Assembly: GCA_039809905.1 (NCBI GenBank)
Contig: JBDHVY010000001.1
Location: 420,001 to 452,000 of the forward strand
DNA length: 32,000 nt
Source: Candidatus Babelota bacterium
Lineage (GTDB): Bacteria; Babelota; Babeliae; Babelales; Vermiphilaceae
Direction: 5' to 3'
The notes under the pieces were generated by a model. It was not told where the DNA came from. It did no database searches and saw nothing but the letters and a program-made list of their open reading frames with translations. The translations under genes were made by a program, and so were the position numbers. Numbering within the stretch: position 1 is the stretch's first letter; each line of letters begins with the position of its first letter. Shown here in pieces: positions 30,359-32,000 of this stretch.

Positions 30359-31570
30359 TCATCCAATATTTTCAAGTTGTCCCATCATTGGCAATGCAAT
30401 TGCAAGCACAATGAATCCAACAATCACCGCCATAACCACTAACATCAGTGGCGAAATAAGCCCAGTTAATGTATCAACCAACTCAACATAATCTTTTTCA
30501 TACGTATCGGCAACAGTCAAAAGCATAGCATCTAATTGACCTGTTTGTTCACCCGTTTTAATCAGATAAATTGCAATCGGAGGAAACATGTTTGTTTGTT
30601 GCAAATATTCTGCAATTTTACCTTCCTTAACAATATTATCACGCGCAGTACGCAAGGCTTGCGCAAGTACTTTATTATCAATAACACTTACTACGATATC
30701 AAGCGCATCGGCAATGTTAACACCACCTTCTAATAATAATCCCAATGTATAGCTAAACTGCACTACCGCATTCATTTTAGAAAGATTTTTAATGATAGGT
30801 ATACGCAATTTTAATTGATCATATTGTCGTCCACCAACAGCACTTGATTTCCAAACTTTAAATAAGCTTACAAGAGCAATGAGCACTCCAATCATTGCAA
30901 TAAAATGATCCACCATAAAATCAGAAAGTGCCATAACAAATGCTGTCGGACCCGGTAATTCTTTTTTTTGTGATGCAAAATTTTTCGCCATATTTGGCAC
31001 CACTTTTACAATCAAGACCACTATAACAACAATTGCAACAACCAATTGTATCAGTGGTTGTTGCAATGCGCCTTTTACCTTTTTGGAAATTGCTTCTCGA
31101 CGTTCCAGAAACATCGTAAGCCGTTCAAGAATAGTGTCTAATTTACCCGTTGCTTCACCTGCTCGCACCAATTGAATATAAATATTTTCAAATACCTTGG
31201 GATATTTTGCGAGAGCATCTGCGAGAGAAATACCTTCTTTTACATCATCCTTGATGCGTACAAGCATATTTTTCATTCCACCTTCAAACTGCTCAATCAG
31301 CAATTCAATTGCTTGCAAAATAGGGACACCCGATTTAAGTAAAATAGCAAATTGTTTAGTGAAAAGAATTTTATCTTTAGCTGTCGGTTTTTTTTCAAAC
31401 AATCGTGCAAAAAAACCAGCCGTTGAAGTACCGCCAGATAATTCAATTTTAGTTGGAAACAAACCTTGACGAGCCAAAAGCTCTTTTAAAGCATCGGCTG
31501 ATGGCGCATCAATAATGCCGTGCACTTTTTTACCATCTTTTGAAAAGCCTTCATACGAGTATAATGCCAT
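30359..31570 (-). CDS. gspF: Type II secretion / type IV pilus inner-membrane platform protein GspF/PilC
   Basis: ALYSYEGFSKDGKKVHGIIDAPSADALKELLARQGLFPTKIE...FTKQFAILLKSGVPILQAIELL...LIKTGEQTGQLDAMLLTVADTYEKD. Confidence 0.95.
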   Translation of the reverse strand: MALYSYEGFSKDGKKVHGIIDAPSADALKELLARQGLFPTKIELSGGTSTAGFFARLFEKKPTAKDKILFTKQFAILLKSGVPILQAIELLIEQFEGGMKNMLVRIKDDVKEGISLADALAKYPKVFENIYIQLVRAGEATGKLDTILERLTMFLERREAISKKVKGALQQPLIQLVVAIVVIVVLIVKVVPNMAKNFASQKKELPGPTAFVMALSDFMVDHFIAMIGVLIALVSLFKVWKSSAVGGRQYDQLKLRIPIIKNLSKMNAVVQFSYTLGLLLEGGVNIADALDIVVSVIDNKVLAQALRTARDNIVKEGKIAEYLQQTNMFPPIAIYLIKTGEQTGQLDAMLLTVADTYEKDYVELVDTLTGLISPLMLVVMAVIVGFIVLAIALPMMGQLENIG

Positions 31571-31678
31571 AAAAAATCCTTAAAAAACTCTATCTTTTGA
31601 TTTGATCAATTATTTAGCTTTGTGATAAAATAAACAATCGAACAGGTTTGATCTACCATTTTTATACGGAGTTAAATC

Positions 31679-32000
31679 ATGATTTATAGATTTATTACAC
31701 TGTTATCAGTATACACTCTTTTCATTCATAGTATAAATGCTCATCCTTTTCAAGGAAAAGATGCTGATATACAAAACCAAAGTAATCATATTGCAGCAAT
31801 TCAACATGAATTAAAACATCCTCGCTATGCAAAAGATATTTTACCATACGATCTTTCTCACATTGTCCAACTATTGAGCTTTGGTAATACACAAAATCAA
31901 TCACCTCTTTATGCTCGTTCAGTATTACAATCTTTCAGCACTATACTCAAGCGTTCTCATTGTGTCAGTGCTCATGCATTTTCTGAACTGCTTGAAGAAT
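31679..32000 (+). CDS. partial CDS, secreted hypothetical protein running off the window
   Basis: Open frame from ATG 31679 to 32000 with no stop; MIYRFITLLSVYTLFIHSINAHPFQGKD... signal peptide; GGAG upstream; not in the supplied ORF track. Confidence 0.65.
   Translation, partial: MIYRFITLLSVYTLFIHSINAHPFQGKDADIQNQSNHIAAIQHELKHPRYAKDILPYDLSHIVQLLSFGNTQNQSPLYARSVLQSFSTILKRSHCVSAHAFSELLEE

Overview
AT-rich bacterial chromosome window with mixed gene orientation. Gene content and the many signal-peptide proteins carrying eukaryote-like repeats (WD40, ankyrin, a lipid-kinase-like fold) suggest a host-associated bacterium, perhaps Dependentiae/TM6-like (inference). Confident genes: leuS, pgi, F-type ATP synthase atpD-atpC (away from the other atp genes), a HerA-like ATPase, an M48-like metalloprotease, a MazG-like pyrophosphohydrolase, a NUDIX hydrolase, a HI0074-type NTase-substrate-binding (HEPN-like) protein, a DAO-type FAD oxidoreductase, an MCE/MlaD-like protein, and a type II secretion/pseudopilin operon in gspF-G-H-I-J-K order. 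No CRISPR array, rRNA, tRNA or transposase was recognised. The most unusual signal is a dispersed family of about 8-10 short intergenic hairpin elements. The pattern is GGG(A/G)TCCCC-N2/3-loop of 12-15 nt-N2/3'-GGGG(TAAAA). Inner stem bases covary between copies, both orientations occur, and there is a small cluster after leuS. Secondary leads are a NUDIX / HEPN-like / MazG gene trio lacking the usual MNT nucleotidyltransferase partner, and a putatively exported PI3/4-kinase-like protein.
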